DNA from: Microbotryum violaceum
Taxonomy: Eukaryota
Reading direction: 5' to 3'
Length of the DNA stretch: 64,000 nt
NCBI GenBank assembly: GCA_001244265.2
Contig: CDLV01000004.1
Coordinates: forward strand, 2,542,001 to 2,606,000
Shown one piece after another: positions 1-13,095 of this stretch. The notes under the pieces were generated by a model that saw only the letters and a program-made list of their open reading frames with translations, ran no database searches and was not told the DNA's origin. Both the position numbers and the translations under genes were made by a program. Numbering within the stretch: the stretch's first letter is position 1; every line of letters begins with the position of its first letter.

Positions 1-618
1 CAGAGACACAAGGCCAGCCTTGCACTCCTGAATTGATGCCCAGAGCTCTTCGAATGCCATTTCGGTGATCGCGCGATCGGGTGATCGGTTCCAAAGAATG
101 CGACGTGTATCGGCGGCGGCGAACCCTGGGAGTCTTTGATCGACTAGGTAAAGAAAGACACGATTAGGAAAAAAGATATTTCTCGGCAAGAGAGCTTCCA
201 GATCGAAAGGGAGAAGAGGAGACGTAGCTCGACAAGTCGGCGTTCCGAGCGAGAGACGATCAAAAAACGATAAACGATCGCAAATGTCTTACAGGAACAG
301 CCCAATAAGTAGCCTCTGAGTAGTTCTAGTTACGACTTGCTTTTAGCCTATCGTTCAAGAACGACGTATTGTATTTTATGCACATCAAAGGCGCATACCT
401 TACAGCAAATGCAGACACTATTAGGAGGTAACGCGCTCCAAACGCAAACAGCGCGACTGTTCACCGCGCCGCGCAGCTGGGCCGGCTATGCCTTGCGGCC
501 CTGCGCCTCCCGCTACCCTGGTCTGCGCTTCAAAGTTCGACCGGAGGGAGGAAAATGTCCAAAAGTGAGGTGAGCCTCGACCCCTTTTGAGCCAAAAATG
601 TCCTAATTTGCGGGCCGT

Positions 619-643
619 CTCTGGCTGGGCTTTCGGGGGTCCT
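619..643. mobile_element. Right-end TIR of a second member of the P-like transposon family (element body presumably upstream or outside the window)
   Basis: ctctggctgggctttcgggggtcct is identical to the last 25 bp of the right TIR at 20547-20571. Preceded by aaaatgtcc motifs (reverse complement of the gacatttt subterminal motif). Confidence 0.7.
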
Positions 644-1091
644 AGCGCACCCCCAGCACCGGTACCCCCCCCCCAAAATGTCACCAAGTTTCGGCATCAC
701 TGCCATCATCTTCCGCATTGAAGTCCCACTCCTCAAGGCCAAATGCACCGTTGGCTGTGGCGTCGATAGAGTAACGACTCAAATCGTCGCTCTAATGATC
801 ACTCATGTCAAAGTCAATTCCTTCGTTCGTGTTGTCGTCCGTGTCATCAATCGTGTCACCAGGGCTGCGGGCAAACGAAGTCAAATCCGGCAGGCCATCC
901 GCTGTCGTTTGCTGAACAAGTTCAGCGTCGTCGGTACACCAAAGCGGAAGCGCCACGCACACCTCCATCTGTTGTTCGCCCGTGTTTTGGGTGCACTGCC
1001 ACAGGTAGTAACCAAGGCTCGGGATCGATGGCTCCGATGGAGGAGGGCTCCGAGTCGGTCGACGTGTCAGACGCGGCCTCGTTGGGTTGCC

Positions 1092-1224
1092 GTGATTACT
1101 GTGGTATTCGGTGAATACTGTGGTACTCGGTGAATACTGTGGTACTCGGTGAATACTGTGGTACTCGGTGAATACTGTGGTACTCGGTGGATACTGTGGT
1201 ACTCGGTGAATACTGTGGTACTCG
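1092..1224. repeat. 19-bp minisatellite, 7 copies (gtgaatactgtggtactcg)
   Basis: Head-to-tail copies start at 1092, 1111, 1130, 1149, 1168, 1187 and 1206, with no spacers. Confidence 0.95.
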
Positions 1225-2511
1225 GGATCCGGTCGCATCCGCTATTTCAATTAGTCAAGGCTAAGAAAAGTCGTAGCGGCAGTAAGTCCTGGACTTGGGC
1301 GTCTCGACGACGAGTCATTCCCGGCGGCCACGAGAGGAGGGAGGCTAAAGCCGGCTTACGGGAGGGAGCGGAAGAGGATGTGATTTCGAACGGGCCTTCA
1401 CTTTTGCGCCGCCAAGACTCGGAAAATGACGAGCATTGGTGGGACCAGTGAGGCAGGATTTGGAAGGAAGACGGAGCCCGATGTGCGGATGAAGCGGTGA
1501 AGGGGAATGAACAGAAAGCAGCGGTTTGAACTGCCGGGACGTTTGAGGGGAGTTTTCTTCTTGTTTTCAGGAAGACTTCCAGGATCCAATACAAAATTTT
1601 CCTCCTTTCTCACTTTTTGCGTGTTTCAAGTCTCGTCTGGCATCGTCTCCAGTCTCCGACCTCAGCGTTTCGTTCTCGAACTCGGTCTCGCTTTCAATTC
1701 TAGTACCCCCACTGCAGTCTCTCGTGTCTTTCACCTTGGTGTCTTAAAAGCTCTTAGTCATCCCTTAGCCTTTTATTATCATATCATCTTTGATAGATAA
1801 TATCTTTGATCGATAACAACTTTGATCGCTATACCATAATGCCAGCAGCGTAGCCGGAGGATTTTACAAACGCCTCGCCTTCGGGGACAAGACTGGCTTC
1901 TTTTTCGTTCTGGCATGGGCCATGACCTCATGGCATCTTGTTCTTTTTCTTTTTCTTCTTCGCCCCATCCTCTGGCCCCGTGGTCGCCCCGCTCTCGATG
2001 ATCGCGTCAGCCGCCTTCTTCTTCCTCCGCCTCGTGAATTTCTCACGCTTGGTCTTGGTGTCTTTTTCCTTGTCTTTCTCTACTAGGGACGCTGGATTTG
2101 CTTGTGGTAGTGGCGATGTGTGTCGCAGGGAGCCCATGCTTGAAGCGATGCCGATGAGTGCAAGGCGGTGGGGGAGGGTTGAAGCTTGAAGGTGGGGGTG
2201 CCAGTGCCATGTGTTGAGGCAAAGGGCCGATTAGCGTAGGCGAGTTAGCAAGTGCACTACTTAGCCGCTATTCTGCCTCCGGGCGGGGGCCGTGAGAGGG
2301 GGGAGATGGTATACCATGCCTGTACCAACGTTTTCCTGGGCCAAATTTTTAAAAAGCTGCCTTAACGCGTTGCGCGCGACCCAGTTTTTTTGGCAGGCTT
2401 AATGTGACCCGCATAGGTGGGCATGACGTGTTGTGCTGCCTCGCGCTTACGCAAACTCGCGCTTTCGTCGCTTTCCTTCTTCGGCGTCGCAACAACATAC
2501 CAGCAACAGTG

Positions 2512-4874
2512 ATGCCTTCCCCTCTAGATATCACGATCAAGCACGCGGGCAAGAGCTACCCGATCACTCTGGACCTCGACCAACCGGGTAGTCACTTCAA
2601 GCAACAGATCTTTGAGCGTACGGGCGTCGAACCGAGCAAGGTCAAGGTCGTCGTCAAGGGGGGAATGCTCAAGGTGCGCTTTCGACTGGATTGGAAGAGA
2701 GTCCTGATCGATCTAGTCGCCGGAATGAAAGGATAACACCGTCTGCGGGCTGCTCTTTGGCGATGACGCGTCGTCGCCCTCGCTTTCTTCAACCGAAGCC
2801 CTCCTCTGTCGATTGCGATGGCCTAATCAGGCGCTGATTCTTCCTTGTTCTTCAACTTGCTTACTACAGGATGATGCCGATTTGAAGAAGTTCGGGCTTA
2901 AAGCGGTCAGTGGCCTGACTTACTGAGGCTTAGCTCAGACTCGCCCGGCGCCATCGCTGAATTTAAGCTTCCTCCATCTTAATGTAACACAGGGCCAGAC
3001 CATCATGGTACGTCTATACCGGACCAACACCCGTTGAAAAGAAATACTCGCCAATCACTTCATTCTTCGCAGGTCATTGGCGCCGCGAGTCCCCTGCCAC
3101 CCCACCGACCGAGAAGATCGTCTTCATGGAGGACATGACCGACATTGAACTGGCCCAAGCAGTGCGTTTATGCCCTCCGCTTCTAAATTTATTAATTGGT
3201 AGGAATGTTTCTAACGCGTAATCAGTATCGTTTTCAGGTCGCCACTCCTGTTGGATTGCAAAACTTGGGTGAGTGCTCTATTTGTCGCCCGCCAGAAAAC
3301 CGATCGCTCGCAACTCATCTCGCACGACTCCACAGGCAATACCTGCTACCTGAACTCAACCGTCCAGGTCCTCCGAGCTATCCCAGAGCTTCAAACCGCT
3401 CTTGACGCGTAAACACATTTCAAATCTGGCCATTCCCGTGTCCTCCTCTCCACCTGACTCTTGCTCCTTCTAAATATCGTGCAGGCACCCCGGCTTATCG
3501 TCCTCGGCAGCATCCGAATCCTCCCTCACCGCCTCCCTCCGAGACCTATACAAGAACATGTCCTCGACCCAAGAGGACTTTCCTCCCGTCGTTTTCCTTC
3601 AAATGCTACGTCAATTCGCACCCCAGTTCGCCGAGACCTCTCGAATGGGCGGAGGAGGTTTCGCGCAGCAGGACGCTCAGGAGGCGTGGGCCTCGATCGT
3701 GCAAGCTGTCAAGACGAGCTTGGGATCGAGTGGATCGGGATTTGTAGATCAGTACATGATGGGCGAAATGACAAAGACGTGAGTTATGGCGGGAAAGTTT
3801 CTAGTGGGATCGTTGACCGATCATGACTGCTCTTCATTTGGTCTGAGCAGGCTCAAGTCGCCCGAGGCGCTTGGGGAAGAGCCGACGGTGTCGAAGGAAC
3901 GCTTCCTCGAGATCAAGTGTCCCATCTCGGCTTCAACAGCATACATGATGACGGGTATCAACGATGTAAGTTCGAGTTGAAGCTTTTGTTGCGACGTGGT
4001 CAAGCATTCCCACAACACTCACTCGTCCTTCCCCCACGATGACCAGTCGTTGAACCAAGACATCGAAAAGATCTCGCCCACACTCTCCCGCCAAGCCGTC
4101 TACCACGAAACGTCCCGCATCTCTCGCCTTCCCTCCTACCTGACCATCAATTTTGTCCGCTTCTACTGGCGCCGCGAGATCGGTAAAAAGACCAAGATCA
4201 TGAAGCGCGTTTCGTTCCCTCACGATCTGGACGTGATCGATCTCCTGACGGACGACTTGAAGAGTAAAGTCAAGGGGTTGAATGACAAGTTGAAGGAGGT
4301 GGACAAAGATCGTCGCGAGCGGGCCAGGGTTCTTCGAAGGGCCAAGAAGGTCGAGGAGGCGATCAAGGCTCCGATGCCTTCCAGGACGATTGCCGCTGTT
4401 GCTGCACCTGCGAACCCATCCGATGATCCTCCCGAAGCCATGGCCGTCGACGACGCTACCCCTTCCACAACCAAGACCGGCGAACTAGTCGATGAAAACT
4501 CGAAACGACTTGAAGAAGCCCAACTGTTGAACTCGCTCATCGACCCTTCTCTCAAAGTTGATAAGGGAGCCAATGTGTCGGGTTTGTACGAATTGGTCGG
4601 GATCGTTTCGCATAAGGGAGCAAGTGCGGATGGTGGGCATTACGTAGGCTGGACTCGAGCGGATGCGATGGATCGTTCGAAGAACCCTGACCACAAGGGG
4701 AAAGGGAAGGAGGTTGATGTGGCGTATGTCGAGGACCCGGATAAGGTCGAGTGGTACAAGTTTGACGATGAGAAGGTGACGACGGTCAAAAGGGAGAAGA
4801 TCACGCTGTTGGAGGGGGGTGGGGAGGACCATTGTGCATATATCCTCATTTATAGATCAAAGTCGTTGGAGTAG
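2512..4874 (+). CDS. UBP6: Proteasome-associated ubiquitin C-terminal hydrolase (Ubp6/USP14), multi-exon
   Basis: N-terminal UBL (MPSPLDITIKHAGK...KVVVKGGMLK), Cys box GLQNLG|NTCYLNSTVQVL, QQDAQE, His box GASADGGHYVGW, WYKFDDEKV, C-terminal GGGEDHCAYILIY. GT-AG introns. One apparent -1 frameshift in a C-run near 3100. Confidence 0.93.
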
Positions 4875-6499
4875 AGGAAAGGATCATAGCCCGGAGCATG
4901 AAATGAAGATAGGCGGCTGAGGTCCATCGCACGGCTAGACAGCTTGAATGGTGTCGACCGCACGGCTAGTGAACACAGCGAGAGTCTGCACGCTGCATGC
5001 TGATCTACATGCTAGGTTGACGTAATGCTACCCTGGCAAGTCACCGAAGGTTTCCCCTCCCTGTACCCAAATGAGCTCGGCGATCCCAAAGCCAGCGCGC
5101 CGTTGCACGATCAGCAACCGGCGGCCTGCTCGCTCGCGCGCTGACGTCGTCGATCTCTCTCTAGGGCGAGGACGCGTTCTTCCGTTTGACGAGGACGCGA
5201 CTTAAAATCTCCCCTTTGTTTAAGCTCGACGCCCCTCCCAAAGGGAGGGGCTTGTGAGTTATCGGCGCGCCGCTTGGCCCGTGCCCTCCGAAATTTTGGC
5301 CCTGAGAAGTGCCCCCTTGCTGTAGCATGGCATATATTGGTGCTACCTGAAAACTGGAGGGCTAAGTTTTTACATCATCATTATTGATGAGGCTTCACCG
5401 AAGCTTGAAGTCTAGGAACGCTTGATCATCTCGCTTGATCATCTCGCTACAGCAGCTTGAATCAACTGATTCCGAACGAGACGCAGGTCGGCGCACGGAC
5501 CAGTCGTAGTCCGGTCCGCATTGAAGGCTGCATAGATCCAGGTCACTTAAGCCCGGCCGCGCCTCACGCATCCTCTCTCTCCTCCACTCACTATCGCACC
5601 TCCCCTCATGATGAGCCATGTCGGTACAAACACCCAGGCCGGTTAGGAGACCGCCCTGTCGACATCCATCAATTGAGTTCAGGGCGTCTCCCTTGCGATC
5701 AGCTTCCAGGGCCAGTCCTACGACCCCAGCACCGAATCATTCAACCAATCCGACAACCGACCTTCCTGCTCGCCGGCCCGTTTTCGGTCACTGGAGGCCA
5801 CGTTTGACTCACGAGGACCGACGAGATTCCAGCGAATGACGCAAGAAGGTCAAAGTTATTCTGGGCGAAAGTCCTGACGACTCGGAGGACGTACCCTCGG
5901 CCCGTGCAGATCGAAGCCATTGCTGTACTTTTCAAACTCGACCAATTTGGGAAGAGGGATCGATATGACGACGAGTCGGATTGGGGAATTGGGAGGAGAT
6001 GCTGGAGATTACTCGCGGTAAAGATGCTTGATGTGCAGAGTAGGCTCGAAGGTTGTAAGCGCCGGCAATATCTCCGCTCTAAATGGGGGCGTAACCAAAA
6101 GTTCCATGAAGGAGCTCGGTTCGTCGATACAATTGCTGATCGTTGACGTGATTTGTGACGTCAGCGTTGTCAACGGTCACATGGAAGTACTTGTTTGAGC
6201 CAATCTCCTTCAATTCGCCTTCGTCAAGCTCGCAGCTGCCTGGAGAGCCCAGCGAGATGTCAGTCGTCAAGCCGCAATCGTACAGAAATGCTGTCAATCG
6301 GTCGTTCGCTCTACATGCGACAGTCATGAGACCGCTGCGATGCTGCATGGCGTTGTTCCTTCGGTTGCAAGCGAATGCGATCTGACCCATGACAGTCCAG
6401 GGCTTCGCATTAGATCAGATAGATGCTTATCTATATCTACACCTCCTATAACTATCGTTCATCTATAGCCGCAGAAGATCTTGTCGCCACTGTCTTCAG

Positions 6500-7267
6500 C
6501 ACGGAGGCGGAAGCAAAGTGTTCTACACCGAGCTTCGGTCTGCTGGCCCCGAAGACCGATTGCAAGCGAGGTGCGCCGACGTTGCTCGGGCCTTCCTTTT
6601 CTCCCGGATCTCGGGAAAGTGGGATCATTCCGATGTCGTCGTGTTTCGATCGAATGGTAAATTGAAGATCCGAGCAACGTGCAAGACTCGTCCAACCTCT
6701 CATTGCGAAACCGTTGACTTCGAGACCGCACACCAACACGGCGTAGCGAACTGGAACAGGGGCATCAAACAATGCCTGGTATCCAGGGGGGAAGGGGCGA
6801 ACACGATTAGTTCGCTTGAAATAATGTTTGCAGACTGTTACAGCAGGTCACTAAAGATTGTTCTGTCTTGTACTTTCAGAACGTGCAACCATTGCTTTCT
6901 GCTGCAATCTTCGACAATGCGTTGTTCATGTTATCCATCGTTCTTCACGTGCAATCTCGAAGGAAGCGTTCACCCACGTAGACCCCCAACTTCAAACCTG
7001 CCGAGCCTGCCCCTCTCACGTCGCCAATGTGAATGCTATCCTCGGTAGTCACGACACCGTCAAGAGGCTACTCCTTCATCTACATAGAGAACTGTTGGTT
7101 CAATTCGGCGAATTTCTTGTCAAGCGAAATCGCGGGATTCATCTGGTTATCGATGGTTGGACCGCTCCCAACTGCATCAGTGTTCTCGGAGTCGTCGTAG
7201 TGTATGAACAAGATGGCGTCGTTCATCGTCACATCCTCAAGTTCATCGAGTCGAAAGGTCGTGTTGT
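6500..7267 (+). pseudogene. hAT-superfamily transposase remnant
   Basis: IHLVIDGWTAPNCISVLGVVV is the hAT first-catalytic-Asp D-x-W-T motif. The frame is broken and truncated at about 7267. Confidence 0.65.
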
Positions 7268-8149
7268 CTAGGTGGTAGGCCATCGGTAACGAGGCGCGGT
7301 GCGCGCCCAGAGGGATCGATTGGTTTTAAGGCAATCAGGCATGAAACCCCGTAACAAACGGAATGGGTTGAAAGAAAGTACCCACAAGACGAGAGACCCA
7401 GAGATCAGAAGAGAGATAACAAAAGAAAGAAAAGATACCAACAAGGATTGATTTTATTTTTATTTTTAGGGTGGGTGGGAGGAGCTCAAAAATAGGACAC
7501 TTTGCTTGGAAAGCGTGGATCCTATTAGTACTCAGAAATACTGCAAAGACTGGGAGGCTTGGCATACCTTTGCTTGGAAAGCGTGACACACTTGAAAGAA
7601 GGAAACCGACCCTGAACGCTGGCACGTTGGGTGGCAAGTGTAGTCTGTAGCGCAAGGTAGCCAAGTAAGCCAACATGCCCAACAAGGACAGTTGTGAGCA
7701 GGAGTACCAAAAGGTAGAGCCTGATGTGGGGGAGTGATGTACCTTAGCTCCGGGAGCGTGACTCGGTACTCAGCAGAAGAAGGTGCGGCTACACTGGCAG
7801 GCGTAGGGCAGAACGGCTGCATACAGGGTATGAACAGTCAGTCAACAATCCAACAAGGAAGGTTGAGAAGAAGAGGTGTACGCAGTGGGCAGCTGTCTGT
7901 CGTAGTCTGGCAGGGCAGAAGACTGGGAGGCAGTTGCGTGTTCGTATCGCTGGGGAGGTCCTGTGAGATGCTCGAAACCTGTCAGCCAGAGGGCGTGAGA
8001 GCAGGAAGAGATCTAGGACGGCAACCAACCTTGGCAGAAGGTGGCAAAGGTACGCAGCGAATACTGGTACGGCAACAGCAGGCAGTGCGGAACTGACCCA
8101 GTGCGGCGGGAGCGTGCTTGAGGAAATTCCTGCGCGGGTGCGGCTTACG

Positions 8150-8180
8150 AGGACCCCCGAAAGCCCAGCCGGAGGCGCAT
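8150..8180 (+). repeat. Left TIR aggacccccgaaagcccagccggaggcgcat
   Basis: Reverse complement of 20541-20571 with one mismatch. Confidence 0.92.
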
Positions 8181-8339
8181 TTTTTTTTTTGACATTTTGA
8201 GGACCCAAAATCCTGAAAATCGTCGAGGCGCATTGCAAAAAATTGACATTTTGGGACGAAACACACGTTTCGCCCCCGAGGCGCATGCCCAGATTTTGAC
8301 ATTTTCCCGTGAGTCGGCCCAATCTTGGCCTACCCTGAG

Positions 8340-8580
8340 CACCCTACGGGAAATCCGCGCAACCGCAGTTGACCGCGGTTGGTGGAACAGACGTCGCCCA
8401 TCCAGCCATTCGAAAGTAACCGCGGTTCAACTTCAGGCCTAGAAAGTGGAATGCAGAGGTGCGCTTTTACCGCAGTTGCCAACCGCAGTAGCAAATGGCA
8501 ACCGCGGTCGCAACCGCACTAACCGCAGTTGTAGTAGACCAAGTGATTGCGGTTACGAACTTTAGTGACCGCGGTTGTAA
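8340..8580. repeat. Cluster of AACCGC(A/G)G(TT) motifs after CACCCTACGGGAAA; possible CACTA/EnSpm-like subterminal region
   Basis: About ten accgcag/accgcgg motifs in both orientations within 240 bp. The family call is inference. Confidence 0.45.
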
Positions 8581-10326
8581 TAATGTAGTAGCCTATACTA
8601 TCCCTTTCTTCGCTCTCCTTTGCATGTACAGTAAAGATATAGTAAAGTGGCACTGCCAATTTCATTGCATGAAATCAAGCATACGACTCGAACCTTGAGC
8701 CTGAGCGCCTGAGGCCTGATGAGGCACTCGGCCTCAACTCGTGAAATCGCTAAATCGGACCGGCTCGAAGACTCGGGCCCAGCAAGGCCGACTCACCTTC
8801 CACCCTCGAATCTTGCCACTAAACCTGTCAATGACACACAAGGCTGATGATGAGTGTCGGGCTATATTCAGTGGATCACCTCAGACTCAGTCTGGTGGCT
8901 AACTCACTCGACTGATCAAACTCGAAGCGTCGATCGGACGCACGCCTGCTGTTGCGCGACGGATCAGAATCAGCCCGCTCATAGTGTAGGAGCGAACTGG
9001 AGACTTACCCTATAGTTCAACATCGGGTCCTGAAATATGCCTGTACACATCTTAAACATTTTCTCGTCGAGCCTGGATAACCGACTGACGTCGACTGACG
9101 ACTGACTGCTCACCTCGAAGCTCCCGTCCATAGCATCGACTCGAAGGCGAAGCAGTGTGGCCTGTGGCACTGTTCTCGATGTTAATGCAAGCATATTGGC
9201 ATCAGCGAGCGGACGATAGAGCAAAGCTTGCTCACACTTCTCTCGAAGTCAAAGAATGGCCACCTGTGGGCTTCCTGAACAGAAACAAGTGCAGTCGACT
9301 CGGACCGCCGAGCAAGGCTAGGTCATAGTGCAGAACGATTGATTGATGTGGTTAGTACACGGGTCGGACACGTGACACCAAAAGCACGGGCCATGTTGAG
9401 TGACCGGGTAGCATCGAGATTGTAAGTCATCTAAACTTAGTCACTGACTTGATCGGCACCAAGTCAGTGAGTCGAATGCTGCAGTCGAATGCTGCAGTCG
9501 AACGCTGCAAGTTGGCGATGCCAAAGGCGCTTCAGTTAAGTTGGCGGTGACCATGATGTCGGCATGTGTGGAGCAGGAGGGAGAGAGGCGGCGCGCGCTT
9601 CGTGCGCGCTTCAAGCAGTGAATGTCGATTTGGAATTGGAAATCTAATCGGCAAAAATATGGTCAGTTTTCCTGACTTTTGCAAGCAGGTTGGACGTATG
9701 AGGAGCAGCGCAGTGAACGAACGAAGATGCCAAGTAATAGGATTGGAAACTTTCATGATGCATTACATTAACCTATGAGGAGCAGCGCAGTGAGCAAACA
9801 AAGATGCCGAATAGGAAAGGATTGGGAACGTTAAGGAAAGAGAGAGAGAGAGAGAGCTGCGCCAGTCGCAGCTCGGATATTCTAAGTCCAAGTTCAAAGA
9901 GGTCCGAGCGCGCCCAAGTTCCCATCCGCCAATCTCCGCATGCTGGAGTTGAGAGCGCTCCTGCAATGTAGTGTACACGATGACAGGACGAATAGGGACA
10001 TCAGGCCAGCGGAATATATTTCGACTCATACTCTCTTTCTTCAGATGTGTGGTGACAACATGTATAGGCTAATAAATCATGTCCAACCGGACGAAAAGAG
10101 TGCAACTTTCCATAGCAAAGCCACGTCGACTTGGGCTGCTGACAGGCAAACATGCTGAACGAGGTTCATGAGAAACGAGCACGGCGTGGGATAGAAAGCT
10201 ACATCTGAATACATGTTGACACACAACATTTTGGTCAGAAGGTTGACGCTCATTCGGCCTTCCAAGAAAGGATCAGTCTGCTTTGCCGACGAAGGCCTTG
10301 CAGGCATCGATTTGAGCCGCCAGCTC

Positions 10327-12124
10327 CTACGCAAGGACCAATTGACCACAAGCATGCTGGTTAGTTTCCTTGTTGGGAAGAGATGAAGCTGTAACAGCGG
10401 AATAGGGGTGACTGACGGGGAATAGTTCTTTCGCCGCCGCCTTGCGATTCTTCGCGGTGGGCGTTTGAGGGGGGTCAAAGGAGGCCGCAATGCCCTTCAA
10501 CGTGGCGAAGTCCAAACGCGAAAGCTCTTGCACGGCTAGATCGAGTACAGGCTCGATGTACGGTCAGTTCTCTTGAGGTGCCAATGTGATCCCGGCAACG
10601 ATTTTCTTACTGTAATGTGTGACCGAACTGGCCGCCTCCTTGCCTCCCTTTCGCGCCGGGCGGCGAGTGACCCTCGACACGCTCATTGGCATTCTCGCAA
10701 TAATCGGTTCACGACGGGTTTGATGCTCGGACCGCGACACATTTTGCTTATTAGCGTCCCGCGGGAGCGAACGAGAACAGCGTGTCTTGAAGTGGAGCTT
10801 ACATTGGACGCGATCACAACGTGCTGAGATCGATTCGAGTCCCGCCTCCGAGTGGGGAGAAGGTGACCCTATTTCAGAACCAGTGTGGTTCGGAGATTCG
10901 CAATCGACCACTTGAGACGTGGTGGCGTCCGACCCCATGATGCTTGGCGCCTTGTCGTGGTTGCGAGTCATGGTGCCATCACCTATGGCCTCGAGGCTTT
11001 TGGCGCTCGCAGAATCACTCGCAGTGACGTTGTCGCTCAAGCCTTTGCGACGTTTGGTGGCGCGGGTGGAGGAAGTTCTCGCCACATTCGCAATTTTGGT
11101 CGCAAGAAGCTGCTTGACAACGAGCGAAGTAGGCGGCCACATCTGCAGAGCCGGGTACCTCGATTCGATGATATCAACAGCTAATCGGACCCTGTTCTCG
11201 TTCTGCGAGCCGAACGCAATGCCGGCCTCGAAGATACTGGAGGTTGCGAGTTCGGCGATGGTAGTAGTTACGGCGGGCCATGTAAGCGTGACGGCTCCGT
11301 TGCTGCGCTGCTCAATTTTGGCCATGGCCACGTGTCCCGCCTCGATCTTGACTTCACGCAGCGCCGTCGCATTGATGTTGACCTCGGGGTCGTCCTTGCC
11401 GTCGTCCAGCTTCATCAAGTGCAGGTGGTCCTTGATGGCTTCCTGTCGTACATACCCTTGCAGCTCGTTTTGGAGCTTGAGGCAGGTGGGGTCGGTGGAG
11501 AGGTGCTCGGCGTGGTTATCGTTGTTTGAAAGCTGCGTCGTGTCGAGCACACGCTTGCGACGACTAGCTCCCGAAATCAATGACTTGATATCTGCAATTC
11601 AAAAGGTCGTTTTGAAGAGGCTCAAAAAACGATTCAGTGAGTGTTGCAAGAGGTTTGCGAGGGGTTTGCGAGATGAGAGTCCACCGTGCTAGCTCCGGCA
11701 GACACACCGGGTTCAATCTTGGGGACGAGCTGGTACACTTACCATGCTCTACCTTGACGCGCTCGCGGTTTTCTAGATACTCATTCCTTCCTCTGATGCT
11801 TTCGTTTGCGGTCTCGAGCGCAGCAACTCGTGCTTGAAGAACGTCACGCTGCGCGCAGGCAAGATCGCGCTCGGACTCGAGTTGCTGTAGTACCAAGGCT
11901 CGCTCGGCTTTCTCAGCACGACCACGCCAGTCGATGGTCTCGGAGTTGCTGGACGACATTGGTGGAAGTGATTTGAGAGTGCTGTTCACGCGTGACCTGA
12001 CGCAGAGGTGCAAACGAGGCGGCGTGGCGAGTTGCGTGGCGGAGCGAGAGGAGAGGGGCGAGTTCGGAAGCGAACGTCGAACGCCCCTAGCTGGTGTGGC
12101 GGATATGTAGTCGAGCCGCGACAA
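10327..12124 (-). CDS. Hypothetical TE-borne gene (coiled-coil N-terminus; ORFs 11564-12124, 10564-11580 and 10327-10533 are probably exons)
   Basis: Consecutive long minus-strand ORFs (186 and 338 aa) inside the TIR element. No family recognised. Confidence 0.45.
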
Positions 12125-12285
12125 CGCTGCCGAACTCGCCGCGCACCCCCACGCCGGAACATCACTGGGGGTGACGAGCGCCTTCAGCGGTGGCTACTGG
12201 GTACTTTTCCGCCCCCTCTTTCTCTCCCTACGGTTGTGAGGCCATATCCCCACTTCCAAGGCGTCAGTCACACACTGGTTTTGTC

Positions 12286-13095
12286 ATGTCTCACAGCAGA
12301 GTCGAACCAGACCTAGTTGCGCAGTGGAAACAGCAGATCGAGCAATCACAAATCAACTGCATCCAGAAGAAGCTCGCAGACACACGTCCGTTGAGCGGTC
12401 TTGTCGAACTGCCCGAGCATGACAAAGCACACTACAATGAATGGAGGTACTGCGTCTGCTCAGCGTGCCGGTCTAAGTCTGGAGCCTGGCTTACAAGAAG
12501 AACCTGGGCAACGCATCTCAAAAAGGACGTTAAACAGCGACGGCCAGGCGGAGGCGCGAAAGAACTAGCCAAGTGCTGGAAGCGAAAGGGGGCTACACCA
12601 GGTCCGTCAACGAATTCACTCATCTTGGCCAATCTCTATTCTGACCTTCGGGGACGTCTTTTGCCGGCAGCAGTCGGTCACGCGATCCCAATGGCGGTCG
12701 ATGACGATTACGCCGATGATATGAATCGAGAACTCGGCGGAGAGGCGGACGAAAATGGCGACGAAGACGATCTCCGAGGAAACCACAATGAAGCCGCAGA
12801 TGAAGAGGGAGAAAAGATGGTCGTAGACGAAGAGGAGATGCGCGGTCCGAAGGAGCTCGACGATCTGGGACTCGAATTGGGCTCGGAAGCGCAGGAGGAA
12901 CATGATAGTGACAGAGATACCAGCGATACGGACTCCCATGCGGGTGGAGCGCAAAGCGATGAGAACTTTCTGAGAGGCGCAAGAGAGGAAGAGGATGTCC
13001 AAGGGGAGGCAGAAGAGCCCGAGCCCACTGAAGATGAGATTGCCGCGCTTGAGGCTCATCTCGCCGAGCTTGGTGCCGAAGGTGACTCAAAGTTT
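12286..13095 (+). pseudogene. Truncated protein with CxCxxC..H zinc motif and acidic tract; resembles N-terminus of fungal CACTA-type transposases
   Basis: YCVCSACRSKSGAWLTRRTWATHLKK followed by a D/E-rich region, cut by the Copia LTR at about 13096. Confidence 0.45.

Noticed and set aside
1092-1224. CRISPR-like short repeats
   Set aside because: Contiguous units with no spacers, no cas genes, and a eukaryotic context.
1247-2160. Lys-rich minus-strand gene divergent from UBP6
   Set aside because: Short low-complexity ORFs with no recognisable family; cannot be supported.
7268-8141. Helitron 3' end at 7268, or a LINE 3' remnant on the minus strand
   Set aside because: The hairpin is weak and the flank is not T. 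Protein motifs are too degenerate to assign.
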